Assembly (NCBI GenBank): GCA_963833985.1
Contig: CAWIAD010000002.1
Span: forward strand, 1,088,001-1,152,000
Direction: 5' to 3'
From: an uncultured Planctomycetaceae bacterium
GTDB lineage: Bacteria > Planctomycetota > Planctomycetia > Isosphaerales > Isosphaeraceae
Length of the DNA: 64,000 nucleotides
Of the stretch, positions 10,186 through 22,966 are shown one piece after another. A model generated the notes under the pieces. That model was not told where the DNA came from. It saw only the letters and a program-made list of their open reading frames with translations, and ran no database searches. Position 1 is the first letter of the stretch; every line of letters starts with the position of its first letter. Made by a program: the position numbers and the translations under genes.

Positions 10186-12081
10186 TCAGGCGATTCCCTG
10201 GACTTCCTGGGGGATCGCCTGTTCTTCTTCCTCGCTGACCGGCTCGTCGAGCAGGTCGCCGTGCGCCGAGCGAACCAGCTCGGCGAAGGCGCCGTTGCGG
10301 TGCAGCAGCTCCGTGTATGTGCCGGTCTCGACAATCCGGCCGTCGTCGAAGACGAGGATGCGGTCGGTATCAAGCAGGGTGGTCAGGCGGTGGGCGACGA
10401 GGATCACCGTTCGTTCGCGCCGGGCGGCGTTGATTGCCTGCTGGATGCGCTTCTCGCTGATGTTGTCCAGCGCCGAGGTTCCTTCGTCCAGGATGAGGAT
10501 TGGCGGGTTCTTGAGGAAGATCCGCGCCAGCGCGAGCCGTTGCCGCTGGCCGCCGGAGAGATTCTGCCCACGCTCGGCGACCCGGGCCTTGTACCCACCG
10601 GGCATGTTCAGGATTTCATCATGGATGCATGCCAGTTCGGCGGCGTGGCGAATCTGCTCGGGCGTGGCGCTTGCCGTGCCATAGCCAATGTTGGCCGCGA
10701 TCGAGCCCGAGAAAACGAACGGGTTCTGGCCGACGTAGCCGATGAGCCGGCCGATCGCCTCGCGCGAGATCGACTCGATCGGGACGCCGCCGAGGAAGGC
10801 CGCTCCTCCCGTGGGATGAACCAGCCGCAGCATGGTGCGCAGCCAGGTGGTCTTGCCGCAGCCCGATCGGCCGGCCACGCCGATCGTCTCGCCATGGCGG
10901 ATGACCAGGTCGACCCCCTTGAGCGCGGGGCTCTTTTTCTCGGGGGCGCCGCCGGGATAGATTACGGAGAGGTTCTGGGCGACCAGGATGGGCGCTCCGA
11001 CCGTGAGTTCGGGTTCGCGGACCTCGACCGGCTTGAACGAGCGGTCGACGGGCTCGCGCAGCAGCTTGATGAGGTCGCCCACGCGCAAACTGGCCTCATG
11101 CGCCTCGTCGATGAAGCGGTGCACCTCGTTGAGCGGGCACATGACGTTGAGGTAGAGGACCGAGAAGGCGAGGATGTCGCCGATCTTGATATGCCCGTTC
11201 ACGTACATGGTCACGGCCACGGCCAGGACGAGGATATGGAAGAAGCCCTCGTTGAGCGCCTTGCCGCAACCGAAGAGCGACATCTCGAAGTGGTGGCGGA
11301 TTTCCCTGGAGCGCTGCCGCTCGGCCGTGCGGGCGACGCGGCGGATTTCCTGGCGGTCGGTGTGCGATGCGCGAACGTAATCGATTCCGGAAAGGAGCTC
11401 GACGACGGTGCCGTCCATCACCTCGCGGGTACGCATCAGGTCGATCCGGATCCCCTTCTGGGTAATGAGTTGCCAGACGGTGAGCCCGAGCGAGATCGGC
11501 ACCACCCCGACCATCACCAGTGCGATGATGGGCCGCATGGACAATGCCGCCAGCAGGGCGAGGCTGCCGGTGAACAGCGCGGGGACGAAGTCGAGGAAGC
11601 TGATCCGCAGGAACCGGACAAACCCCTCCGCGCTGCGGGTGATCCGGCCGTACAGCGCCCCGACCTGATCCTGGGCCAGGATGGACAGGTCCACCTTCAT
11701 GAGGTGGGCGACCAGGCGAACGCACATGTCTTTATTGATGCGCGTGCAGGTGTTTTCCACGAGATATCGGCGCAGCACGTTCATGGACTCACGCGTGAGG
11801 TAGGCCAGCGCGAGAAGCCCGAGGTAGACCGCGGCGCCGCGGAGGATGTTGGCACGGGAAAGTCCCTGCGTTTTCTCGGGACTGACCGCGTCCACCAGCC
11901 TGCCCATGAGCACGGCGACCGCCGTATTGCCCACGCTTGCAAGCAGGACGATCACCAGGGCGCCGCACAGGGCCCAGCGGTGCCGCCAGGGAACGAGCTG
12001 CCAGACCTGACGCCCGCGCCGGCCGATCTGCCGGAGTTCGCGCCAGATGCCCCTGAGTCCGCCGGTCTTGCTGCCAGCCAT
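10186..12081 (-). CDS. ABC exporter, fused permease/ATPase (MsbA-like)
   Basis: N-terminal TM helices; GRSGCGKT, LSGGQRQR, ILILDE, AHRL. Confidence 0.93.
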   Translation of the reverse strand: MAGSKTGGLRGIWRELRQIGRRGRQVWQLVPWRHRWALCGALVIVLLASVGNTAVAVLMGRLVDAVSPEKTQGLSRANILRGAAVYLGLLALAYLTRESMNVLRRYLVENTCTRINKDMCVRLVAHLMKVDLSILAQDQVGALYGRITRSAEGFVRFLRISFLDFVPALFTGSLALLAALSMRPIIALVMVGVVPISLGLTVWQLITQKGIRIDLMRTREVMDGTVVELLSGIDYVRASHTDRQEIRRVARTAERQRSREIRHHFEMSLFGCGKALNEGFFHILVLAVAVTMYVNGHIKIGDILAFSVLYLNVMCPLNEVHRFIDEAHEASLRVGDLIKLLREPVDRSFKPVEVREPELTVGAPILVAQNLSVIYPGGAPEKKSPALKGVDLVIRHGETIGVAGRSGCGKTTWLRTMLRLVHPTGGAAFLGGVPIESISREAIGRLIGYVGQNPFVFSGSIAANIGYGTASATPEQIRHAAELACIHDEILNMPGGYKARVAERGQNLSGGQRQRLALARIFLKNPPILILDEGTSALDNISEKRIQQAINAARRERTVILVAHRLTTLLDTDRILVFDDGRIVETGTYTELLHRNGAFAELVRSAHGDLLDEPVSEEEEQAIPQEVQGIA

Positions 12082-12505
12082 GCAGTTCCCCTTCCAGCAA
12101 TCGAGCCAACCTCGCTCGGCGTTGTCCGGCCGTCGGACCCGCTGCCGGCGAAACCGGCGTGCAGCGACCTGCGCGACTTGCGGGTTCTCCCATTTCGTGG
12201 AAACCAGACAGATTCTAGAATCGTATAAGCCACCCTTCGTTTTCTCCAGGCCGGCCGCTTTTTTGTGGGGACTTTCTTTTTTTCTTCTCCCACGAATCCG
12301 CGCGGAATCGCGTATTCATTGTGTGAGGAAGAACGGCGGGTCCGACACCAGTCGGCACGCCGGCACAAACGAATGGCCCATCACACATGCACCCGTGTTT
12401 GAAACGGTATCGAAATAGAGCTCGTTAAAACTCTTCCCGTTCGGCCCAACTCTTGCAACACATCAGCCCGGTTTTGAACAGGCAATCGAGGAAGGATTCA
12501 GGTCC

Positions 12506-12780
12506 ATGAATCAGAGCGACAGCGTGTTGTCTCCCGCACTGAGAGGTTCTCTGTCAGCGGGGGCGCCGGGTCGGTCGATGCACGTCAGGTCCGTCCGCGG
12601 ACACGTTTCGAGGCTGTAGAGCAGCCGCTTCTGGGCACTCGAGACGAGGCGCTCATCGTCGATGAACGGGCCCACCTGCGTCCCGCACAGGTCGTCGAGA
12701 GCAAACTCACCCGCATGCTGAAGAACGCCTCTCTTCCGGTCAGCCATCTCCAGATGAGGGGGTTGCTTCGAGCCCGCTGA
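12506..12780 (+). CDS. possible small hypothetical protein (~91 aa) split by one indel
   Basis: GAGGAAGG upstream of ATG 12506; a second frame runs open to TGA 12780; no recognisable motif. Confidence 0.2.
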
Positions 12781-12851
12781 TCAGCTTTGCCAGGCCGCAC
12801 CGCCGCGCTGACCGGTAGAGACGCTCGGCGCACGGCGCATCATTGATCGGA

Positions 12852-15800
12852 TCATGAATTTTCAATGAATGCCCGGACGTCATGAGTGCGGCCATCATCG
12901 GCCAGCGGGATGGACGGGCCTTCCAGTCTGCCACCATCGATCTCGATGGCATGAATTCCACGTTGCTTGCCGTGCGGGTTCTCCACGGTGATGCGATAAC
13001 TGGCCGAGCCGAACCTGTATCTCACGGTGAACGTCTTCCACTCAGGCGGAATGCACGGGTCCAGTGTGAGCTGGTTGCCTTCTCTACGCAGGCCGAGGAT
13101 GGACTCCAGCCCCACGCGATAGAGCCAGGCCGCCGAGCCGGTGTACCACGACCAGCCTCCCCGGCCAGCCAGCGGTGGCTGGCTGAACACATCGCCAGCC
13201 AGGACATACGGCTCCAGCTTGTAGCGATCGCGGGTGGCCGGATCGGCGGCATGCCGGATCGGGTTGAGAATCTGGAACAGCTCGAACGCGCGCTGACCGT
13301 CACCTAGCAGGGCGGCCGCCTGGACCACCCAGGTGGCTGCATGTGTGTACTGGGCGCCGTTCTCCCGGACTCCCGGGAGATAGCCCTTGATGTAGCCAGG
13401 GTCCATCGGGGCATCGTCGAAGGGCGGCGTGAGCAGCAGGATCACCCCCTCCTGAGGGCGGACCAGGTGGCGCAGGATCGCGTCCATGGCCTGCCGCGCC
13501 CGCGCCGGGTCGCCGGCCCTGGAGATCACGGCCCAGGACTGGGCGATCGAGTCGATCTTACATTCGCGATTCTGAGCCGAGCCCAGCGGGGTGCCGTCGT
13601 CGAAGTACGCGCGGCGGTACCAGCCGCCATCCCAGCCGTGCCGCTCGACGGCCGCACCGAGCGCGTCGGCCTGCTGCCGGTAGCGGGAGACGCGGGGCTG
13701 ATCGTCGCGGCTGGCGGCGATGCCGGCAAATGAGCGCAGGCAATCGATCAGGAACCAGGCCAGCCAGATGCTTTCGCCCCTCCCTTCCACGCCGACGCGG
13801 TTCATCCCGTCGTTCCAGTCTCCGGTCCCGATGAGCGGAAGGCCGCGTGGTCCCAGCCGCAGCCCGCGCTCGATGGCCCGGGTGCAGTGCTCGTAGAGCG
13901 AGCCGGGCTTCTCGGCACTGGAGGGCACGCGCAGGTCGTCCTCCTGGCCGCTTTCCAGGGCGGGTGCCTTCAGGTACGAGACACTCTCGTCGAGGATCGC
14001 CGCATCGCCCGTGGCTCGCACATACCGTTCCGTCACGTAGGGTAGCCAGAGCAGATCGTCCGAGATCCGCGTGCGCACGCCCCGCCCCGCCGGCGGGTGC
14101 CACCAGTGCTGCACGTCGCCCTCGACGAACTGCCGGGAGGCCGCGAGCAGGATGTGAGCCCGCGCCGCCTCCGGCGCTGCGTGCAAGAGTGCGAGCACAT
14201 CCTGCAACTGGTCGCGGTATCCGAACGCGCCACCGGACTGGTAAAACGCCGACCGGGCCCAGACCCGGCAGCTTGCCACCTGGTACAGTAGCCAGCCGTT
14301 CATGAGCAGGTCGAACGACGGCTCGGGCGTGACCGTCTGTACCGCGCCAAGGATCTGCTCCCACCGGTTCTTCACCGCACCGAGAGCCTGCGCCGCGGAA
14401 TCAGGCTGCCGATACCGGCGGATCAGCTCGCGTGCGGCGCTCAGGCTCTCCGCCTCACCCAGCAGGAAGAGGATCTCCGCCGATTCTCCGGGAGCGAGCT
14501 CGAACTTCGTCTGGATGGCCGCGCAGGGATCAAAACCAGCACCCGTGCGGCCGGAAAGCGCGAGCGCGTGCAGGGCGGCTGGTGCGGCCACCGAGCCGTG
14601 GCGGCCCAGGAATTCCACGCGGTCGGCGGTGAGGGTCCTGGGATGCCGGTTCACATGTGCAAAGGCCAAGCGGTCGGCGAAGTCGGAACGGAAGGTGTTG
14701 CGGGCCAGCAGCGCCTCGGTGTCCGGGTCGACCTCGCTCACCACGTGCATCGCGCCGGCGTCGCGCGTTGTCCCCAGGACCCACTCGGCGTAGTAAGTCG
14801 CCGACAACGAACGTGGCTCGCTGCCGGCGTTGCGCACCCGCAGGTTGAGGAGCTTGATCGGGTCGTCGAGCGCGACCAGCAGCGTCAGCTCGTGCTCCAG
14901 GCCGTGCGACGCGCGCTGGAAGACGGTGTATCCCTGGCCGTGGCGGACCAGGGTCGGCTGGGGTGCGGGAACCGGCAAAGGGGTGGGGCACCAGGTCTGG
15001 CCGGTGGCCTCGTCGCGCAGGTAAATCACTTCGCGGGCCGGGTCCATGACCGGATCGTTGCTCCAGGGCGTGAGCCGGTTGGTCTGGCTGTTGCCGGCCC
15101 AGGTGTAGCCCGATCCGCTCTCGGTGATGATGCAGCCGAACCCGGGGTTGGCGATCACGTTGCTCCAGGGCAGGGGAGGCAAGGCCGGATGCGGAGTGAA
15201 CGGAACGGCGGCGAGCGGCCCGTTCTGACGGCCCGACGCGGCGTCCTGGACCGTGATCAGCACGCAGTACTCGCGGCCGTCGGCCGAGAAGCCGCCCAGG
15301 CCGTTGAAGAACTGCAAGCCGGCGGGCAGCCCCACTGGCACATCTTCCCAGTGCTGGGGCGGCCGGCTGGGAAGCAACGGTTCGGGATGCGCCCGGGCCC
15401 ATTCAATGCGGTCGAGCTGGCCGGCCAGGGTGCCGCGCGCTCCATCCAGCACGGCGCGTGCCGCGGCCTCCAGCAGCAGGACCTCGTCCTCGCTGATGCT
15501 GGCCCGGGAGATCACGTACACGCCGCCGGGCCGGCCCAGCCAATCTCCCAGACCGGCGTCGCGGACCATGCCCGCAACCTGCTGGGCCAGGCCCTCGCTG
15601 CTGCCCGGATCCTCCTGAACCAGGACCACCAGGTCGATCTCCACGCCCCTCTGCCGCAGAAACTCGCGTGCGGCCATGAGTTGCCGCACGAGCGGGAACT
15701 CCGCGGCCTCGGCAACCTGGACCAGCAGGATGGCCCGGTCGCCCGCCAGGCCATGCCGGCCCAGCGCCGCCTGGCCCAGGCGGTTGGCGGCCAGGGTCTG

Positions 15801-18800
15801 CGAGTGCACCCTCAGGGCCGAGCCCGCGAACAGCAGGTGCGACCCCAGCCGCTGGTACAGGTGGTCCTCGGGCACAGCGCCGCGATGGCCATGCTCCACC
15901 TGGCTGCGCGCCCAGGCCAGCTCGAACGCGCGGGCCACCGCGCTGGAGCCATGATAGGCGTCCGCCAGGGCCAGGGCCTCGTCTCGCGATTCGGCCACCG
16001 CCAGCGTGAACCCGGCCACGGCCGACCCGCCCGGCTCGAGGCGAAACCTCCGCCGCAGGCTGAGGACAGGATCCAGCACCGGCCCGACGGTCCCCGACAG
16101 GGGGGTGTGCGGGCCCAGGGCCGCCGGATCCGCCAGGGTCCTACCCCGGCCCACGAACTGCGCGCGGTCGGTCTCGTACTGCAACGGCCCGACGACCGTG
16201 CAGCCCGGGGCCGAGCGGTCCACGGCCAGCACGTGCACGGCCCAGATCGGCCGCTCCTGCGCCGATCGGGGTCGCCTCCGGCACAGCAGCGCATCGCATC
16301 CGGCGAGGTGCTCGGTCTCCAGAAACAGCTTGCCGAACGCCGGGTGCGCCAGGTCGGCGCCGTGGAAGTTGATCACCGGCTCAACGTAGCTGGTCAGCTC
16401 CAGCTCGCGCGGCTGGCTGCCGTGGTTGGTGAGAGTGATGCGGCGGACCTCCGCAAGCTGTTCGGGCGAGACAACGATCTCGAGCACGGTCTCGACGTCG
16501 CCATCGCGGCGCCGCAGCAGCGCCTTGTCCGCCGAGAAGACCACCTCGTAATCCTCTGGGGGCCGGCAGACCGGCTGGTAGCCGGCCGACCAGACCTGCC
16601 CGGTCAGCACGTCGCGCACGTAGCAGAAGTGTCCCCAGCCTTCGGAGATCGCGTCCTCGCGCCAGCGCGTCACGTCCAGGCCCTGGCACCGGCTGAATCC
16701 GGAGCCCGAGTTCGTGACCATCACGTGATAGCGCCTGTTGGAAAGCAGGTGCGTGCGTGGAGCGGCGGTGGCCGGAGTGGTGAGCCGCCGGCTCAGGGGC
16801 GAACCCGCACCCGCATCCGCGGGCCGTGCCAGGTCCAGCCGTGCCGGGGCCGCCTCGATGATCGGCGAGTCGGCCGGAATGCGCTCTTGCAAGAGCAGCT
16901 CGGCGGCGCGGACCATGGGCTCGGCGTGGAAACGTCGCGGCATCGGATCGTCGAGCAGGACGTTGGCCAGTGCCACCAGGCTCATCCCCTGGTGGTGCGC
17001 CATGTACGACTTCACCACGACATGCCGCTGGCCCTGGGGCAAGCGGTCGGGCGTGTAGTCGACGGCCTCATAGAACCCGTACCTTCCCTCGGCGCCCTCG
17101 GCGGCCAGTCTTCGGAGGTTCGCCAGGGCCTCGCCCGGGGCAACCATCGCGGCCATGGCGGTGGCGTACGGGGCGACCACCCGGTCGATTTCCAGCCCGC
17201 GCTTCAGTCCCAGGCCCGGCACGCCGAACGACTGGTAGCGGTAATCGCCTTCCAGGAACTGGCTGCTGTAGGCCGATTCGGAGACTCCCCAGGGAAGGCC
17301 GAGCTGGTGGCCGTACTCGATCTGGCGGGCGACGGCGGTCCGGCTCGCCTCGGCCAGAAGCGTGCCCGGCAGGCTGCGCAGCAGCAGCCGCGGCATGAGG
17401 TACTCGAACATGGTGCCGCCCCACGAGATCAGGCCGATCCGCCCGGCCGCGTGGATGTACGGCCGGCCAAGCTGGAACCAGTGACGGCGCGGAGCGTCGC
17501 CCCGGGCGACGTTCAGATAGCTGGTCAGGCACGACTCGGAAGCCAGCAAGTCGTAGCAGGCGCCGTCGACGTTCCCGTGGCTCAGGTTCAGCCCGATCGC
17601 GTAGAGATGCCGCTCTGACTTGTAGAGCGGGCGGAAGTCCATCGCTGAGGCGATCGCCTCGGCCCGGCCGGCCAGGTGAAGCAGCCGTTCGCGGAGCAGC
17701 CCCGCGGTGCCGGCGCAGGGCCGTGACCAGGCCTGGTGCCGGCTGGCGATCGCCGTTGCCCGTCGGCCCGCCCGCAAGCTCGGCCAGCACCGCCTGCGCG
17801 CGCCGGGCCAGGTCGTCCAGGCTGGCTGGTAAGGCCAGCAGACCGTGAGCGGAGAGGATTCTGTCCGCGTCTCCGCCTGGCGCGCGCTCCAGCGCCAGCC
17901 AGGGCGCCAGCTCGGCCAGCTCGGCGCGGCGTTCCTGCACCTGGGCCAGCAGCGCCTCGGCCCAGTCCTGCGCCTCCCGGGCATCGTCACCGCGGCCGGC
18001 AGCCGAGACGATTCGCCCCCGCAGCTCCTCGGCATCACGCTCCACCCGGGCGAGCCATTCATCCCAGGCCGGCAAGTCGGCGGGGTGCTCCTCGAGCAGG
18101 CGTTCCAGCCGCGCCGCGTCGCGCCGCCAGGAAGCGCCCACCAGCCCGAAGGTATCGGCCAGTCCCGCGGCCGTGGCAGGGCCGAAGAGTGGTTCCCCCA
18201 GCTTCTCGAACAGGCCTTGCCGTAATGCCAGCAAGCAGCCCAGCAGGTTGCCGCTGTCGACGGTCGAGATGTAGGCGGGGGGAAGCATCTGGAGCGTGCG
18301 CGTATCATACCAGTTGTAGAACTGCCCCCACTTCTTGTCCATGCGGTCGAACGCGTCGAAGGTCTTCTCGAGACGCTCCGCCAGCCTGCCCGTGCTCAGA
18401 TAGCCCAGGTCGTGGGCCGCCAGGGTGGAGAGCAGCAGCATTCCCTGGTTCGTGGGAGAGGTGCGATGCGCGATGCGGCCGTCGGGGACCTCCTGGTAAT
18501 TGTCAGGCGGCAGCCAGTGATCGCCGTCGCCCACGAAAGTCTCGAAGAAATGCCAGGTCTTGCGCGTGATCCGTCGCAACGCCCTTCGCTCGGCGGTCCC
18601 GAGCGCTTGATCGCGCGGCTTCTTCGGGCGGCTCACCAGGAAGGCGGCGAGGGGAGAAAGCAGCCATGCGGCCAGGAACGGGCTCGCCGCCCAGAGGGCC
18701 CGCGGCCGCACCAGCGTCACCAGCAGCGCGCACACCGCGGCCATCGCCAGCGTTCCCCACATGCCCGAGAGGAAATCCCGCAGCCCTGACCCCAGGCGCT

Positions 18801-21730
18801 GCTCGGTGGACGCCGCCGTCTCCCACTCCAGCAGCCTGCGCCGGGTGAACAGCAGCCGGATCAACGTGCGCGCCACGGCGTCGCACATGATGCGCGCCTG
18901 GTCGGCAAGCAGCACGATCGCCAGCAGGCACTGCCCGGCGATGTGCGGAACATGCTGCCGCCAGGCCGTCAGGCCCGCCATGGAAGCCGTGCGCGCACAG
19001 CCCAGCGCGGCGCCGATCGCCCACTTCACCACGGGGAGAACCAGCACGCCCAGAGCCAGGAATGTCCAGAGCCAGGGAGAGCCCGGCAGCACCGTCCAGC
19101 CCAGCACCAGCATCGCCAGCAGCGCGGGGGGAACCAGGCTGCGACGCAGATTGTCCAGCAGCTTCCAGCGCTCGATGACTGGCAGCGGGTTGGCGCGCGT
19201 GCCTTCGGGAGCAGGCACGCGCCGGCCCAGCCATGGCAGAAGCTGCCAGTCGCCCCGCACCCAGCGGTGCTCCCTGCGCATGGGCGTGGTAGCGGGCCGG
19301 GAAATCGTCGAACAGCTCCGTATCGCTGAGCAGGCCGCAGCGCGCGTAGTTCCCCTCCACCAGGTCATGACTCAGGATATGATTCTCAGGGAACGTACCA
19401 CCCGTGGCGGCCTCGAACGCGTCGACGTCGTAGATCCCCTTGCCTATGAAGCTCCCCAGGCCGAAAAGGTCCATGTAGGTGTCAGACGCGGCCGAGGAGT
19501 ACGGGTCGATGCCTCCCGACGCCGCCAGCAGCGCCGCGAAGTGCGAGTGCGTGGCGGCCGTGAGATGGAAGCTCACCCGCGGCTGGAGCACGCCGTAGCC
19601 CTCGAGCACGCGGCCCGATCCCGGGTCGAAGCGGGGCTGGTTGAGCGGGTGGGCCAGCGAGCCGATGAGCCGGCGCACCGTGTCGCGGGGCATCTGCGTG
19701 TCGGCGTCGAGCGTGATCACGAACCGCGTGCGCGTGCCGGACGTGGGGTCTGCGCTCGCGAGCATGTACGTGGTGCCGCGGTCGCCTCGCAGCAGCCGGT
19801 TGAACTCGGAGAGCTTGCCGCGCTTCCGTTCCCAGCCCATCCAGCAGCCCTCGGACGCGTTCCACATGCGCCGCCGGTGAAACAGGAAGAACAGGTCGGG
19901 AGCATCCGGGGCATAGCGCTGGTTGAGTGCCCGCACCCGCGCCAGGGCGTCATCCAGCAGTGCCTGGTCCGCGGGCATTACCTCCTGCGGCGCATCGGCG
20001 AAATCAGTCAAGAGCGCGAACCGGAGGTTGGCCCCGGGATTGGCCAGGTAGTGGGTCTCCATCCGCTCGCAGAGCACCTCGGCGCTGCGCGGCCGCACCA
20101 GCATCGACGGCATCACCACGAACGTGGCGAACTCTTGCGGCACGCCCTCCTTCAGCTCGAGCTTCGCCAGGACCCGGGGGGGCAACAGCAGGGTCATCAG
20201 GTGGTTCACCAACCCGACGGCCAGCTCGCTGGCCGGCAGCAGGGCGGCCAGTGCCGCGACCGTCAACCCGAGCCACCCCGGCGCACGGCTGGTGCTCGAA
20301 ATCAGCAGCAGCAGGACGCCGATCAGGAACGCAAGCAGGCCGGCGATCTTGCCGAAGTAGACGGTCCGGGGATGCGCCAGCACCCAGTCGAGCAGGCGCT
20401 CCTGTCCGTCGGGCCTGTAGCCGAAGGCCTGGCGCAGCTCGGCCTCGCCGCGAGAGACCAAGTAGTAGCCGACATGTCCTCGTGCCGCCGAGACCGCGCC
20501 GCCGGCGCGGGCCAGCTCGATGGCCCGCCGCGCCACGGCCAGCTCGTCGGCCTTCGAGCCCCGGGCGATCTTCTCCACCACCTTGCGGTAGCGGTCGCTG
20601 GTGGCGAAGTCCTGGAGCGGATAGATCCCCGACGGGTCTTCGCGGAGGATCGTCTCCACCAGGCTGGTGCGCTCGAAGAACGCGTTCCAGTCCACCGCCG
20701 AGAGCAAGCGGAGGCTGAGCACGCAGTTGCCGACAGTGATCTGGTTAACGGCCTGGAGATGGTGCTCCTCGCCCAGGACCTCGTCCGAATCTCGCCCCAG
20801 TGCATCCAGCGCGGCTTCCAGCCGCCGGAGCAGGGGAACAGCCGTGGGGCCCTGGTCGCGCAGCAGTTGCACCAACCGCACGACGAACGGACCGCTCGGC
20901 GCGGTGACCGGCGGCAGCCCCGAATCGACATCGGCACCGGCTCGCTCAGCTCCGGCACCGGCACTGCCCACAACGGCCATCGCCTGCTGGAACCAGGCGT
21001 CGGCCCGCGCCCATTCCTGCCAGCGCCCCAGCATCTGCTCGGCGAGCCGGCGCAGGTTCTCCAGCAGCACCAGGCGAAACATCGTGGGCAACGCCCAGAG
21101 CTCGCCGATCGTGAGCGGGACGTTCTCCTGGAACGCCTGGACGAACCGGCCGATCCGCGGCTCGTCGAGCTCGCTGTCGGTGTGCGCGATCAGGGTGACC
21201 GCCAGCGCGTACACGCGCGGATAACCGGCCAGCGGAGCGCCGCCCAGCTTGGGCAGGATCACATCGTAACCCCGCGGCAGGTCCTGGCGCACCTCGCGAA
21301 GCACGTCGTCGACAATATGGAAATTGTCCGCCAGCCACTCGGCGTCGATACCCTGGAGCTCGATGCGCTCGTGCTGGAAGATCTCGCGGCGCGCCTGCAA
21401 CAGCAGCCGCTGATTGTCGTGGAAGCGCTTCAGGAGGGGACTGTTGATCCGCTGCCGCGCTCCCAGCGTGCATGCCGCGGCAAGCCTCCGCGCCTGGCTC
21501 TCCAACCCTTCCATGCCGAGCAGCTCCGCCCGGATCACGCCCGATTGCCGCGGATCGAGCAGGGGAAGAATCTCGGACTCGGTGCCCTTCGCCGCGGGAG
21601 ACGGAACCTCGAGAAAAGAAGAGCTCATGCCGCTGCCGTTCTCCGGAACGCTCCACACCGAGCCACCCTGGCGCTCGGGCATCCTCGATCGCGGCCGGCG
21701 GCCTGGCGTGGAGCGGGGCGGCTCTTCCAC
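12852..21730 (-). CDS. ndvB: cyclic beta-1,2-glucan synthase/phosphorylase (GT84 + glucoamylase-like + GH94); frameshifts near 19280 and 17700
   Basis: EWLADNF, WMGWERKRGKL, LSHDLVEG, RWVRGDWQL, PPDNYQE, YDLLASE, SWGGTMFEY, YQSGGAFGYRDQLQD, GDWNDG, RENGAQYTHAA; three ORFs tile the known Cgs/NdvB/ChvB architecture; start could be 21628. Confidence 0.93.
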
Positions 21731-22175
21731 GCCGGGTCGAGGAATCGTCGATGGTGCCGCGCCCGGTCACGGTCCAGGCTTGCCCTGCACCTCTGACTGC
21801 CTTCCAGGACGCTCGCGCCCGCATCCCTGTATCGCATGCCGATCCTTGAAAAAGCCGTATTCAGGGAGCATTCATTTTAGGATAACTCGGCCCGGCGTGA
21901 AACGGGGCAGTGCCCGGCGAGCAGGCGCCGGACGTCTTCAGAGCGCACATTCGTTACCGAAGTCAGCTCCGCCGGATTCTGAATCAGCGCGGCTCCTGGT
22001 CCCATCGCCTCCAGAGCAGGAAGCAGGCCAGGGAGACCTTCTTCATCTCTCCGTGGTCCAGCACAAATCCCACCTTCGGATCGTAGGCCTGGCATTACGT
22101 GCCTGGGATCGCTTCATGCAACCGCCTGTTGTTAAGATTCAAGATTGATCGAATCGTCAAGGCGGGGAGGCTGCG

Positions 22176-22736
22176 ATGAGCGAACCAAAGAGATCGACGG
22201 GGAAGATTCTGGTTCATCTCCTCCGGCCCGGCGTCGGTGCTGAGGACTATCAACTTTCCGATGGCGCTACCCTCGCCGACCTTCTGGGTAGGGCGGGTGT
22301 CACGACGAAGAACAAGGCCGTCATCCTTGACGGTGTCCTGGCCGAGAGATCCGCTCCCCTACAAGATGGTTCGATCGTGACGATCGCGCCGCGGCCCAGG
22401 AATGCGCGCGCTTTGTACGAAACCTACAAGCTAGACCCAGCCAGGCAGGCCGTGCCGGGCTTCATTGACTGGCGGGATTTTGAACCGTCCTGGCTGCCCG
22501 GCGGTGAGCAGGCACCACTGGCTACCGAACTGATCACCTATCGTGACCGCCTTGACGAGTTGCTCGAGCACAAGGGCCAGTTCGTCGTCATCAAGGGAAA
22601 ATCGGTCCTGGGATACTACCGCGACCTCTCTTCCGCCCTCGCAGCAGCTTTTCAGGAATTTGGTGCTGTCCCGGTCCTGGTGAAGCAAATCGTTGACATG
22701 GAACCGGTCCGCCAACTGGGACGTGTTGTCTCGTAA
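22176..22736 (+). CDS. ubiquitin-like (ThiS/MoaD beta-grasp) domain fused to a DUF5678-like domain
   Basis: GGAGG RBS; N-terminal GATLADLL...AVILDG...LQDGSIVTIAP; C-terminal YRDRLDELLEHKGQFVVIKGKSVLGYY...ALAAAFQEFG...LVKQI. Confidence 0.7.
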   Translation: MSEPKRSTGKILVHLLRPGVGAEDYQLSDGATLADLLGRAGVTTKNKAVILDGVLAERSAPLQDGSIVTIAPRPRNARALYETYKLDPARQAVPGFIDWRDFEPSWLPGGEQAPLATELITYRDRLDELLEHKGQFVVIKGKSVLGYYRDLSSALAAAFQEFGAVPVLVKQIVDMEPVRQLGRVVS

Positions 22737-22855
22737 TGCCTCGGTTATCAGTCGCGCTACTGCCCGCCGGTGCCTTCCTCGATGTGGGTGTTGGTGCATC
22801 TCCGAACCTTACAAGTCCCGCTCATCGTCCTGCCACGTGGAGGGCACCCATCAGC
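22736..22855 (+). pseudogene. N-terminal fragment of a probable retropepsin-like aspartyl protease
   Basis: TAATG coupling to the upstream gene; MPRLSVALLPAGAFLDVGVG...WRAPI resembles the lead-in to RALIDTG, but the DTG motif is absent. Confidence 0.4.
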
Positions 22856-22966
22856 AAGATGGTGACGACCGGCGGCTACCATTTACCAACGGCCCGTTCG
22901 AGCCGTGGGACGCCCGCGACCGGGCGGGATCCGGCCGCGAGCGATCCGTTCATGCTGGTTCCGGGA

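Noticed and set aside
14568..21796. Long plus-strand ORFs of 1016 aa and 1011 aa (and similar ones at 34308, 43763 and 53468)
   Set aside because: Antisense shadows of real high-GC genes, with no recognisable motifs.
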